Below, one piece after another: positions 28,735-38,026 of a stretch of 64,000 bases of DNA (the stretch's first letter is position 1; every line of letters starts with the position of its first letter). Made by a program: the position numbers and the translations under genes. The stretch is from Candidatus Saccharimonadales bacterium (lineage in GTDB: Bacteria > Patescibacteriota > Saccharimonadia > Saccharimonadales > DASZAF01), in contig DASZAF010000024.1 in the NCBI GenBank assembly GCA_035945435.1, positions 3,578 through 67,577 of the forward strand, read 5' to 3'. The notes beneath the pieces were generated by a model. The model was given only the letters and a program-made list of their open reading frames with translations, was not told where the DNA came from and did no database searches.

Positions 28735-30195
28735 CTATTCGAGAACACGGACTTTGATTGTGTCAGTACCGCCGATGAGTCCTGGCTGCTTTCCCGATAC
28801 AATGACGACGCGGTCGCCTTTCTTGAAGACCTCTTTCTCTTTCAGCCACATAGCCAAATCAAGGCCGGCCGAGACGCCATCCGGACGCACAAACGCCATC
28901 GTCCCGTAAAGAAGGGCCAGCTCCTGGCAAACCCGCTGGTTAGATGTCACCGCTACGATGGGCATATGGGGGCGACGAGAGGCGACCATACGCGCCGTCT
29001 TACCGGATTTTGTCTCAACAACGATAGCAGCCGCATTAATTTCGTGAGCCAGTGCCATGACCACATCGCTGATAGCGTCCTGCAGGGCATCGCTCTCCGG
29101 AAATTCGTAGATTGGTCTGACGGCTACATTTTCCTGGGTATAAAGAATGACCCGCTTCATCGTCTTAACTACTTCGACAGGATATTCACCGACAGTCGTC
29201 TCCTCGCTGAGCATGACGCTATCTGCGCCGGTGATAACTGCGTTGGCGATATCTGAAACTTCTGGGCGGGTTGGCGTTGGGTTATCTACCATACTGATAA
29301 GCATCTGGGTCGCCACGATGCTGATCTTGGCATGCTTCTGGCAGAAAGCGAGAATCTTTCGCTGGACGATTGGAACAGCCTCAGGGCTGACCTCGACTGC
29401 CAGGTCGCCGCGAGCGACCATGACAGCATCGCTGGCTTTGACGATCTCTTCGAGGACGCCATCCTGAACAGCTGCAGGGGTCTCAATCTTGGACATAATC
29501 TTGATATCTGGGCTGTAGCCGTGCTTATCGAGAAGGTGACGCAGGTGGTGCATATCCTCAGGTGTCTGGACGAAGCTGATGGCCACATAATCGAAGTCCT
29601 TGTCAGCCCCGTAAGCGATATCTTGAAGGTCTTTTTTCGTTAGGATGTCACCGCCGAAGCTGGTGTCGGGTACGTTGAAGGCTTTGTGTTGTTTGGCCCG
29701 CTGGACGAAGAGGCCTTCATTCTCCATTTCGACGTCGATGACGCCTTTACTGACTTTGGCCACCTTGCCCTTGAACTTGCCGTCAACTAGGAAGATGCGT
29801 TCCCCGACCTTAACTTTCTCACTGAGATCGTACTCAATTGGGATTATCTTGGCGTCCTCATCGAATTCGGCTCCGTACTTAAAGTGGAGGACGTCGCCCT
29901 TTTTGATCAACATCTCAGCCACAAATCCACCACATCGAATCTTAGGCCCTTGCAGGTCAAGAATTATTGCTACCGGCTTATCTAATTCAGCGCTGGCCTT
30001 TCTGATCCACTTGATCTGCTCGTTGCGCTCATCATGGATGCCATGGCTAAAGTTGAAACGAAAGACGTTCACGCCAGCTTTCATAATACCCAGGATCATC
30101 TCGTAGCTGTGGGTTGCAGGTCCAATACTGGCGACTATCTTGGTCCGCTTAAAGGCGCGTGAAGAGACTTGGGGGGCTTTTTCTGTGAGACTCAC
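28735..30195 (-). CDS. pyk: pyruvate kinase
   Basis: 486-aa ORF. KIVASIGPAT, FRFNFSHG, and MVARGDL motifs. Convergent with and 3 nt from the preceding gene. Confidence 0.9.
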   Translation of the reverse strand: MSLTEKAPQVSSRAFKRTKIVASIGPATHSYEMILGIMKAGVNVFRFNFSHGIHDERNEQIKWIRKASAELDKPVAIILDLQGPKIRCGGFVAEMLIKKGDVLHFKYGAEFDEDAKIIPIEYDLSEKVKVGERIFLVDGKFKGKVAKVSKGVIDVEMENEGLFVQRAKQHKAFNVPDTSFGGDILTKKDLQDIAYGADKDFDYVAISFVQTPEDMHHLRHLLDKHGYSPDIKIMSKIETPAAVQDGVLEEIVKASDAVMVARGDLAVEVSPEAVPIVQRKILAFCQKHAKISIVATQMLISMVDNPTPTRPEVSDIANAVITGADSVMLSEETTVGEYPVEVVKTMKRVILYTQENVAVRPIYEFPESDALQDAISDVVMALAHEINAAAIVVETKSGKTARMVASRRPHMPIVAVTSNQRVCQELALLYGTMAFVRPDGVSAGLDLAMWLKEKEVFKKGDRVVIVSGKQPGLIGGTDTIKVRVLE

Positions 30196-30266
30196 TTTTT
30201 ATATCCTATTTACGTACTTGTTAGCTCTTACCCGCAGTATGCGCTCGAGAATCCCAGATAGCAAGC

Positions 30267-31214
30267 CTAGAGCTCGAGAAGCTGCTTAGGGTCCTCGCTC
30301 AGACAACGGGCCATAAAGTCTTGCGCCCGATGACGATAGTCAATCTCCGGATAGTCATTGATGGCATCAAACTGCAGCCCGATTGCCCTTGCAACCATCA
30401 CTGGTAATAGGGCAGGGTAGAGGTCGTAAAGTGATCGGGTCGACCACTCCATAAACAACTTAATAAGCCGCATCGCTCTGCCCGGATCTTCCATCCGGCA
30501 AAAGATCCGGCTATAGATGTAGGCTAGGTCGTAGTAGCGTGGCTTTGCGTAACTGGCGTGTTCACCGTCGATCAGCCATAACTGCCCTCTTGTGTCCGTC
30601 ATAAAATGCCACGGGACAAAATCGCCATGCTGAAATCTGGATTCGACAAACCGTCCGTATTGGTCAACTAAAGCAGCCGCCCGTTGGACGTCTGATTGCT
30701 GCAGCTGTCCCTCGCGAAGGGGTTTGGGAGTCCACTCCGACCAACGATGGGTGAGTGGGGGAGTAGCAGTACTCCCCTGCCCTCCCCCGAAGAAGGCCTT
30801 AACCGATTCAGCCGGAACCCGATCGACATCGATCAAGGCCTGAACGTAGGTCTCCAAATAGCGATCGAGGCTCGAGCCGAAACTGTCAGGGCCTACCCTT
30901 ACCTGCCCATCTATCCACTGCGCAACGTACCACTCCCCTGCCCCATCATTCTCGATGATACGTGGCGCTCTGAAGTTAAGAGGTCTGGTCGTGTCTATTG
31001 CCCCAATCGCCTGGCACCAACTGACATCATTCAAAAGTGCCCCCGCTCTGGCGTCCGGCGAGATCTTAAACTTGGTAAAGTAATATTCTCCGTCTTTTCG
31101 TAGCTTAGCATACGCGAAGCGGGCCGATGCCAAGCCATCAAGAGAAGAAGTTACGCGTTCGTAGCCACGATCGAGAATCTCGTCTGGTGCCGGATGGGTA
31201 GTGGGCGGTTTCAT
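30267..31214 (-). CDS. phosphotransferase-family (APH/choline-kinase-like) protein kinase-fold enzyme
   Basis: 315-aa ORF. HGDFVPWHF (catalytic HGD) and LIDGEH (metal-binding D) in the correct order and spacing. Confidence 0.6.
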   Translation of the reverse strand: MKPPTTHPAPDEILDRGYERVTSSLDGLASARFAYAKLRKDGEYYFTKFKISPDARAGALLNDVSWCQAIGAIDTTRPLNFRAPRIIENDGAGEWYVAQWIDGQVRVGPDSFGSSLDRYLETYVQALIDVDRVPAESVKAFFGGGQGSTATPPLTHRWSEWTPKPLREGQLQQSDVQRAAALVDQYGRFVESRFQHGDFVPWHFMTDTRGQLWLIDGEHASYAKPRYYDLAYIYSRIFCRMEDPGRAMRLIKLFMEWSTRSLYDLYPALLPVMVARAIGLQFDAINDYPEIDYRHRAQDFMARCLSEDPKQLLEL

Positions 31215-31220
31215 CGAAAA

Positions 31221-31445
31221 CTAACTTGGAGTATCGGTGGGAGGAGGTGGCGGTGCTGGTTCCGCGCCCACGTCCGGAGTAATCATGGCGGCTTCGTCAT
31301 CCATTCGCGGAATCTCAACGCTTAACCAGACGTCGTCCGTGTCGCAGGTGTAATAGGTACGATCATATTTGCGGCCATTGCGATTGTTGGAGCTGATGTC
31401 ACTGTAGGTGACGCGCATGTCTTTGTCGCACTTGGGGCATTTCAT
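31221..31445 (-). CDS. small zinc-ribbon-like protein with Pro-rich tail
   Basis: 74-aa ORF. CPKC...(26 aa)...CDTDD gives two Cys pairs. Confidence 0.4.
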   Translation of the reverse strand: MKCPKCDKDMRVTYSDISSNNRNGRKYDRTYYTCDTDDVWLSVEIPRMDDEAAMITPDVGAEPAPPPPPTDTPS

Positions 31446-31513
31446 CGATACGATAGTCCTTTTGTTTACTTTTGCTCTTAGTATGCCCCGTTATGATCTT
31501 GATGACAAGGTAT

Positions 31514-32239
31514 CTAGCTGCCGTTGGTGATAGCCTGAACAGAGAAGCCAGTACAGTATTGATTGGTGTCAGCCACTTTAAGCGGGGCGGTCTGGCCGGG
31601 TAGAGTCAACTCAAGATAGCTGGCCGGGCCGGTACACTGCTCCCCATTATCTAAGGGAAAGCCGACGGTGGCGTGGGCCGCCGTTTCGGGTGTCAGGGTG
31701 ATGGTCGTGCCGGTGCCCGAGCCGGTGGCTGTACCGAGAACAGATCCGCTGGAGGTCGTCAAAGTAACCTTCGGCGGCACGCCTTCGAGCGTACAGGTCG
31801 TTGAGGATAGATTGGTCAGGATAGCATCGGCGTAGATCGTACCCGCCGTTCCATTTGGTTGGCTCAAGCTAAGGCCGAGTTCCGAATTTGTGCAGGCCGA
31901 GGGGGTGTTCGAACTCGTTGACGAGCTGGTTGATTTCGACGAACCACTGGTTTTCGTGGTCGTAGCGACCTCTTTCTGGATCTTATCTACTAGCGTCTTC
32001 AAGTTGGCGACATGCGCGTTGAGTTGTCTGATCTGAGTATCGAGTTTTATCACTTTATCGTGCTGCCAAGTATAGATGCCTCCGCAGCCGACTGCCAGAA
32101 GCAGAATGGCAATATAGGCCAGAATAAAGCGGTGGCCGTGTTTGTGTAGCGGCTTGGCATGAAGATGATGCTCGGGAGCCACTTCGTGTTTCTTCTCAAT
32201 CGGCATCTCTTCGAAGGCTTTTTGACTAGAAGGATCCAT
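31514..32239 (-). CDS. membrane-anchored coiled-coil protein, paralog 1 (C-terminal Cys-bracketed DUF4232-like domain)
   Basis: 241-aa ORF. N-terminal TM ending in YTWQHDK, a coiled coil, a Ser/Thr linker, and a C-terminal domain with conserved Cys. Same architecture as 33002..33736 and 35658..36224. Confidence 0.6.
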   Translation of the reverse strand: MDPSSQKAFEEMPIEKKHEVAPEHHLHAKPLHKHGHRFILAYIAILLLAVGCGGIYTWQHDKVIKLDTQIRQLNAHVANLKTLVDKIQKEVATTTKTSGSSKSTSSSTSSNTPSACTNSELGLSLSQPNGTAGTIYADAILTNLSSTTCTLEGVPPKVTLTTSSGSVLGTATGSGTGTTITLTPETAAHATVGFPLDNGEQCTGPASYLELTLPGQTAPLKVADTNQYCTGFSVQAITNGS

Positions 32240-32275
32240 GATCTTTTTATCTTGCTTACGCTACGTGCTAGTATA

Positions 32276-32983
32276 TCAGACTATGCTTCCGTCGCCAGCA
32301 AGATGGAACAGTGTACCTCCCCTACTCTCATGTTGCGCACGCCATCGACGGGTATTCTCTTCGCTCGTCACGGCTTCGGCATGGCGTGGGTAGACACAAA
32401 ATGTTTCGAGACACTGATGATCAAGCACTAGGTCGCCGAGTTCGTAGTCCGGCCCTTGTGGCATAAGTTGGGCCCATGTCACTCGGTGGGCCTGCCTCGA
32501 GCTGGTGAGGGCCTTACAGCCGAGTACGGCATAACGAGGAGGTCTCAGCGCCTTGCCTTCGGCTGACGATTGTGGCCTGGGCAATACCCAGCAGCCGGTC
32601 GCTTCATTGAAAGTGATCTTAGCGAGCTGGTCTGGGCTCATACATAGGTTGTTGAAGGTGATACCGATGCCTGCCAGAGTTCTGGCCCGAAAACCGAGAT
32701 CGGCAATAACACCTTGTTCGCTTAAACTTAACTTGGTTTCTGCCTGCCAGTCTTGGCCACTAACTCTCACCTCTAGGGCGTGCTGAGCAAGCAGCCGAAA
32801 CCTCTGCAGTTCAAGAAGTGAGAGAGCGGGGCATGGTAGAACGCGCTCGTTAAGCCTGATCCCCTCACTCGGCAAGAAGTAGTCCCCTACTTCGGGACGT
32901 GTAAGAGTTGGTGCCAGCAAGGTGCTGCCCTTTGGAATCGACATAATAGAATCATTATTATCCCAGAGTCGACAACGGGGCAA
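32276..32983 (-). CDS. HNH-family endonuclease (putative)
   Basis: 235-aa ORF. LDHQCLETFCVYPRHAEAVTSEENTRR fits the HNH His-Asn-His/EN signature (DH...C..C...H.E.VT..EN). Confidence 0.5.
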   Translation of the reverse strand: MPRCRLWDNNDSIMSIPKGSTLLAPTLTRPEVGDYFLPSEGIRLNERVLPCPALSLLELQRFRLLAQHALEVRVSGQDWQAETKLSLSEQGVIADLGFRARTLAGIGITFNNLCMSPDQLAKITFNEATGCWVLPRPQSSAEGKALRPPRYAVLGCKALTSSRQAHRVTWAQLMPQGPDYELGDLVLDHQCLETFCVYPRHAEAVTSEENTRRWRAQHESRGGTLFHLAGDGSIV

Positions 32984-33001
32984 CCTTATGCTTTTTGATA
33001 T

Positions 33002-33736
33002 CTACTGGATCGGTTGCACGGAACTGAGAGCCGTCTTCAGAGCTGCGATATCGCTCATAAGAGTGGAGTCGACCGATGTGCTGCTACTACAGGTCGCCTG
33101 GGGCTCGGAGTAGGCAATAAAGTAGCCGTTGAACTGCTTGATAACATCCAGACCTTCAGCGCTCACACCCGTGCCAGTTCCTTTGATGATCATGCCAAGA
33201 GCAGTCCCCTGTGCATTATTAGTTGTCGAGTTTGCCGTGCACCCTGAATCCTGCGACGCTATCGATGACGCCGACACATCAGCGAATGTCTCGCCACTTA
33301 TGGTACCGCCGCCTGATGGGTCAGTTGTCGAATAGTAGTACGTCAGATCACTCAGTGAGCTTGGGACGGTGAACTCGACCCCCATCTGGGTCAGTTTGAC
33401 CGTCGTAGTCGTTGGAGTAGATGGGGTGCTTGAAGAGCTCGCCGGCTTCTTACTAAGCTGCCCATTGAGCGATCGGACCTGGTTCTCTAGGCTCATGATC
33501 TGGGTATTAAGCGAGCTGACCTGATTCGTCGCCTTGGTGACTTTCTGGTGCTGCCAGTAGTAGGTTCCGTAGAGAGCACCCGCCGCGATCAGCAGGGCGA
33601 TGATCACCAATAGTGCAGTCATCAGCTTGCTCATACCCGGACCACCAACAACTGTTGAGGGCTCTGGCTTTGATGTTGGAACTTCTTTAACGTATTTCTT
33701 CGAAGAGCTCGAGTCGTGTTCGTCGTCCATATACAA
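33002..33736 (-). CDS. membrane-anchored coiled-coil protein, paralog 2
   Basis: 244-aa ORF with TM ...YYWQHQK, a coiled coil and a Ser/Thr linker. C-terminal domain differs from paralogs 1 and 3. Confidence 0.6.
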   Translation of the reverse strand: MYMDDEHDSSSSKKYVKEVPTSKPEPSTVVGGPGMSKLMTALLVIIALLIAAGALYGTYYWQHQKVTKATNQVSSLNTQIMSLENQVRSLNGQLSKKPASSSSTPSTPTTTTVKLTQMGVEFTVPSSLSDLTYYYSTTDPSGGGTISGETFADVSASSIASQDSGCTANSTTNNAQGTALGMIIKGTGTGVSAEGLDVIKQFNGYFIAYSEPQATCSSSTSVDSTLMSDIAALKTALSSVQPIQ

Positions 33737-33786
33737 ACCGCTTATGTTGCTACCATGTAACCACAGCTGGTTGGTCTGAGCAACAC

Positions 33787-34887
33787 TTACGAAGCGGTAT
33801 ATGAGATTGATTCATAGGTTGGGACGGCTTCGATAAAGACTTGCCCGGCATTCAGCTTGAGAACGTGCCCGGCAGTGTCAGTGAAGACGAACTGCGAACT
33901 GTCACTCGGTTTGGACCACGTCCCTTGGGTGACGATTCCGTCCTGGAAGAGCCACATCTGGCCACTACCAGTCGTGTCGATTACTTGTCTGTAGCCATCC
34001 TCCATAACGGTTGACTCGTTAACTTGGATGACAACCACGACTTTGGGGTTGAGCTGCTGATTATCAAGAGAGTCTATCTGTGGTGAGCCTTCTAGGTCAC
34101 GCAGATAGGTGTTGGTCGCTTTGTTATAGGTATAGTTAACCTGATAGAGGTAACTCGAGAAGTTAACCTGGATATTGGTGGCAGTCGGCACTGCGGCCGG
34201 AGCGTCAGGCTTTCGTGGAAATGGGGCAAAGTTACTGTGTGTCAGACCAAGTTTGGCGTTCAGCTCATCGAGATGGCTTGTGTCGGTGAAGACGTTATAC
34301 GGCGCCACCCGCTGGGTGATCCGCCAGAAGTACTGTGGATATCTCAGATAATCCCCGTTGAAGTAGTTACCGTTGGTAACTTCCTGTAAGGCCAGCGCGC
34401 TACCGCCGACGTGAACGATCGAAGCGTCAAAGGTAGCTCCCCAATCAAGATAGTATGGGCGGAGACTGCGAACTGGACCGATGTTGGTCGGCTCCGCCTC
34501 TTGGTAGAGTGCAAGGTAGCGGGTAATACCGCCGTCATCGATGGCTTCAAAGACAAGCCCTGCCTCGCTCAGACCCGCCTGCGGCCTGGCCGGTGGATCG
34601 TTTTCAATCATAATGGCCGTCACTGGACGAGCCGCCAAGGCAGCCGTGGTTGGTAGCCCAGTTAAGGGCGATAGAATCGGCTTCGGTGGTTTCTTAGGAA
34701 TGACCGCGGCAGTATGAATCGCCGGCTCGGATTTTGATTTGGCAGTAAAGAAATATTTATAACCAAAGTAGCCGCCAACCCCAAAGACAAGAATGCCCAC
34801 CACCGCCGATATGATGATCGTCTGCTTCTTATGGGTCTGAACCCAATACTTGAAGCGTATCCAATGTAGCTTCCGCAAAGAGGCCAT
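33787..34887 (-). CDS. DUF3048 (YerB-like) domain protein, membrane anchored
   Basis: 366-aa ORF with N-terminal TM. GLSEAGLVFEAIDDGGITRYLALYQ resembles the DUF3048 core. Confidence 0.6.
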   Translation of the reverse strand: MASLRKLHWIRFKYWVQTHKKQTIIISAVVGILVFGVGGYFGYKYFFTAKSKSEPAIHTAAVIPKKPPKPILSPLTGLPTTAALAARPVTAIMIENDPPARPQAGLSEAGLVFEAIDDGGITRYLALYQEAEPTNIGPVRSLRPYYLDWGATFDASIVHVGGSALALQEVTNGNYFNGDYLRYPQYFWRITQRVAPYNVFTDTSHLDELNAKLGLTHSNFAPFPRKPDAPAAVPTATNIQVNFSSYLYQVNYTYNKATNTYLRDLEGSPQIDSLDNQQLNPKVVVVIQVNESTVMEDGYRQVIDTTGSGQMWLFQDGIVTQGTWSKPSDSSQFVFTDTAGHVLKLNAGQVFIEAVPTYESISYTAS

Positions 34888-34936
34888 CTTGCCACCCAGT
34901 ATAGCATCGTAAGCGTAAGTGTCTTAGCCTAAAGTC

Positions 34937-35620
34937 TTACTGTTTGAAGAACTGACCGATTATATAGCCTGCCAAGGCCGCGCCCATGCCGATAACCACC
35001 ATCTCGATAGCCGCTTTAGCCGGATTACCAAGAGTCGTCTTGGCCTTGTAGATACCGACGGCAGCCAGTGTGAGAACGGATATGGCTAAGGCCACTACCA
35101 GTGCATTATTAGCGTTATGCATAAAGAAGAACGGAATAAGCGGTAGGATAGAGCCAGCCAGTGTTGATAGGCCGACGACATAGGCAGCCTTGTAGACATC
35201 CTTCTTGCTGATCAGCTGGAGATTGAGCTCCTCACGCATCATGGTATCGACCCACAGCTTCTTGTCTGATGTGATGTGATCAACGATCTCGGTGAGCAGC
35301 TTGCCGCCGAAGCCCTTTGACTTGAAGATCTCCTCGACCTCGCTTCGCTCCTGCTCAGGATATTTGACAACCTCTTCCATCTCCCGCTTCCTTTCGGCGG
35401 CATAGTGATCTCTGTCAGCCATATTCGAGGTGTAGGCTACCGCCCCCATAGAGATACTCTCGGCAAAGGTAGCTGCAAGACCACCGGCTAAAATGATACG
35501 GATTGAGTGGGTCGAGGCGACCAGACCGAGGATAAGGCCCAAAATGGCCACCAGGCCATCTTGTCCGCCCAGAATGATATTGGCTAGGTTGTTAGTCTTA
35601 GCATGTGGCTCGTGTTCCAT
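34937..35620 (-). CDS. VIT1/CCC1-family iron/manganese transporter
   Basis: 227-aa ORF. N-terminal GGQDGLVAILGLILG, a cytoplasmic acidic helix region, and C-terminal TMs typical of the VIT family. Confidence 0.75.
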   Translation of the reverse strand: MEHEPHAKTNNLANIILGGQDGLVAILGLILGLVASTHSIRIILAGGLAATFAESISMGAVAYTSNMADRDHYAAERKREMEEVVKYPEQERSEVEEIFKSKGFGGKLLTEIVDHITSDKKLWVDTMMREELNLQLISKKDVYKAAYVVGLSTLAGSILPLIPFFFMHNANNALVVALAISVLTLAAVGIYKAKTTLGNPAKAAIEMVVIGMGAALAGYIIGQFFKQ

Positions 35621-35657
35621 AGAGTCCTTTAAATACCTGTTTAGTGTATCGTTTTAT

Positions 35658-36224
35658 TTACTGTGGGCAAGTGATTGAAGCGAGCTTATTACTACTCAAG
35701 TTAACGGTTGTAGTTACGGTCGAGGTAGAAGTGCCGAACGATTCGGTAACCAGTACGGTCAGGTTACCTCCGCTCGTCGAACCATCAGAGACCGAGACGC
35801 TGGCAGGGACGGCTTGGGCGCAAAGGATCGGATCGGCTCCTGGCGACTTGATGCTGGCGGTCAGCCAGTTATAGAGGCCGGTCGTCATGTTGCTCTTGAT
35901 GGTGTTAATCTCGGCTTGGCTGACCCCCGGATGCTGCTGTTCATAGGTAAGAACCGTATCGTATGAGTCCTTAACAAGCCCATTCGCGCTGTTCGTTGAC
36001 TGAGATGGACTGGATGACGTCGGGAGCTTACCCTTGAGACTGGAAACCTGTTTGTTGAGATTGTTGACCTGACCTTGCAGGGTAGTAGCCTGATTACTCA
36101 GGTTATTAACCTTCTTGTGTTGCCAATAGTAGGTTGCTCCGGCTGCAGCCGCGATGACGATGAGGGACACAATCACCAGGAGAGCCGTCTTAGTGCCACT
36201 CTTACTACTCATACCCCATAGCAT
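35658..36224 (-). CDS. membrane-anchored coiled-coil protein, paralog 3
   Basis: 188-aa ORF with TM ...YYWQHKK, a coiled coil, a Ser linker, and a Cys-bracketed C-terminal domain. Confidence 0.6.
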   Translation of the reverse strand: MLWGMSSKSGTKTALLVIVSLIVIAAAAGATYYWQHKKVNNLSNQATTLQGQVNNLNKQVSSLKGKLPTSSSPSQSTNSANGLVKDSYDTVLTYEQQHPGVSQAEINTIKSNMTTGLYNWLTASIKSPGADPILCAQAVPASVSVSDGSTSGGNLTVLVTESFGTSTSTVTTTVNLSSNKLASITCPQ

Positions 36225-36277
36225 ACGATCTAGGGACGGCTATTGCAAATGAGGCAAGTCGACCCCAGTAAATACAA

Positions 36278-36306
36278 TTGACATATGCGTATTCAAAAGG
36301 TATAAT
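36278..36306 (+). promoter_or_regulatory. consensus sigma70-type promoter (TTGACA-17 nt-TATAAT) upstream of CDS 36336
   Basis: ttgaca at 36278-36283, a 17-nt spacer, tataat at 36301-36306, then aggaga RBS before the ATG at 36336. Confidence 0.6.
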
Positions 36307-36335
36307 TTGTCTCTAAATTTAGTCAGGAGAGATAC

Positions 36336-37148
36336 ATGTCACTAGGACGTGGCGAGCACGGATTTGTGCAAAATTTTCTTGTTGGAGCAGCGGTTGGTGC
36401 TGCGGTTGAGCCGTTAACCGTAGAACCATTAGCTCACCAGGTACTGGCGCATCGAAACGCAATCCTCGACCCGAGGTATGAGCGATTAGTACGCAGAATA
36501 CTTAATGTAACTGGTATGAGCCCGAACCGGTTTGCCGCCTATCACCGCTACCATCATGCCCTCGGTAACGAGCCAGCTCTCTCCCTACGACAGGCTGTTG
36601 CGCATATTTTCGAAGAGAGCAGTGGCAACAGTGTCTCGTTAGACGACCCCGACGTACGAGCCTCCCTCCTCTTCGATGGTACGACACATGATGACGATGC
36701 GCTTATCCAAGTAGTTGACGGTGCCCCTAGGTACAGAAATGACCCGAGACTTGAAAGATTCGTCGCACGAGGTGGCATGAGACGCATGCTCCCACTGCTC
36801 GGCACGGCGGCGGCAATCGGGTTAGGTAACAGGCTAGCTGGTCGTGACCACCCGTGGTGGAGTGCAGCAGGATCAGTCGCCGGCTTCGTCACAGGTTTGT
36901 CAGCCCACGGCATAACCACAGCCTATACGGAAGGAAGAGCGGGCACTCAGGACGGCAGGATTGGCGTCGAGAACCTCGACCCGCTCCAGGCCTTTCGCAT
37001 GAGAAGTCATCAAGCGCACCATTCGAGGCCGGAAGTGCTCACTGCGGGTTACGGACCCGTCCGCCAGCTGGCCGCGCAGGCCCTGATAAGAAGCCGCTTA
37101 ATGCGCCTCCATCAACCCGCTCCAGCCACCAGTCAAGAGGCTGCCTAG
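36336..37148 (+). CDS. hypothetical protein (GC-rich, Ala/Gly/Arg/His-rich)
   Basis: 270-aa ORF with a strong promoter and RBS. No family recognised. GC above window average. Confidence 0.5.
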   Translation: MSLGRGEHGFVQNFLVGAAVGAAVEPLTVEPLAHQVLAHRNAILDPRYERLVRRILNVTGMSPNRFAAYHRYHHALGNEPALSLRQAVAHIFEESSGNSVSLDDPDVRASLLFDGTTHDDDALIQVVDGAPRYRNDPRLERFVARGGMRRMLPLLGTAAAIGLGNRLAGRDHPWWSAAGSVAGFVTGLSAHGITTAYTEGRAGTQDGRIGVENLDPLQAFRMRSHQAHHSRPEVLTAGYGPVRQLAAQALIRSRLMRLHQPAPATSQEAA

Positions 37149-37173
37149 TAACATCCGGCGTTATACTTCTAGT

Positions 37174-37677
37174 GTGTCTCAGCTCGAACTTCAGTACGGT
37201 CCTGAATGGTGGACACCACCCAATGTCCTGGTCAGTCTCTGGCCGAGGTATGCCAGCGAGGTCATAGCTGGACGAAAACGTTTCGAGTTCCGGCGCGGTC
37301 TGTTTATCAAGAGAGCTGCCACTGCTTTTATCTATGCGACGGCCCCGAAAGGCAGAGAAGATAGGGAGCTTACTTGTTCTGCCCTTGTAGCTGTCGCCCG
37401 ATTCGGCCCACCTATCATCGGTATAGAAGCCGTATCCGCCTTAATTGCTCGTGAGCAAGCTGGCGGCAGTTTACCGACGACTGACTGGCTCGGAGGATAC
37501 GACACGGCTTCGGCTCACCCGATAGAGCAGGTCCACAGACTCAATAATCCAATCGGGTTGGCCGAGATCCGCGAACGCTTCCCTGGTTTCCAACCGCCCC
37601 AACGACATATCTCGCTCGATCGAAACCCAACCTTTCTATTCTTCCTCAGGGAACGATCCGGCTTAGTTCGCATATAA
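37174..37677 (+). CDS. ASCH (PUA-like) domain protein
   Basis: 167-aa ORF. YASEVIAGRKRFEFRRGLF resembles the ASCH N-terminal strand-helix (GxK..E.R). Confidence 0.55.
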   Translation: MSQLELQYGPEWWTPPNVLVSLWPRYASEVIAGRKRFEFRRGLFIKRAATAFIYATAPKGREDRELTCSALVAVARFGPPIIGIEAVSALIAREQAGGSLPTTDWLGGYDTASAHPIEQVHRLNNPIGLAEIRERFPGFQPPQRHISLDRNPTFLFFLRERSGLVRI

Positions 37678-37708
37678 TGATGCCTAACGAATAGTTAGGA
37701 GGGATACG

Positions 37709-38023
37709 ATGAAACAAGAAAATGAATCAAAAGGTTTCAATCAGAAAATAGCTTCAATTGTCACCAATGCGACCGGGAATATGTGGTTCTTTTGGTTATC
37801 ACTGGCTTTCATACTCGTACTCCGCGTTACTCAGCCACCGACCGCTAGCCAGTTTTTACTCGACGTTGAGAACGACTTACAGCTACTTCTTCTGGCAGCC
37901 AACGCGGTCGTCTCCAACAGGCAAACCGCAGCCCTGAGGAAGATCCTCGGCCATATCGATAAAGAGGCTGACAGGATCGAGAGAATGGATAAGAAGGAAG
38001 AGGGTCTACTCGAAAGCAGGTAG
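37709..38023 (+). CDS. DUF1003/low-affinity-iron-permease-like small membrane protein
   Basis: 104-aa ORF with TM MWFFWLSLAFILVL and a SNRQ motif. Confidence 0.4.
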   Translation: MKQENESKGFNQKIASIVTNATGNMWFFWLSLAFILVLRVTQPPTASQFLLDVENDLQLLLLAANAVVSNRQTAALRKILGHIDKEADRIERMDKKEEGLLESR

Positions 38024-38026
38024 ACC

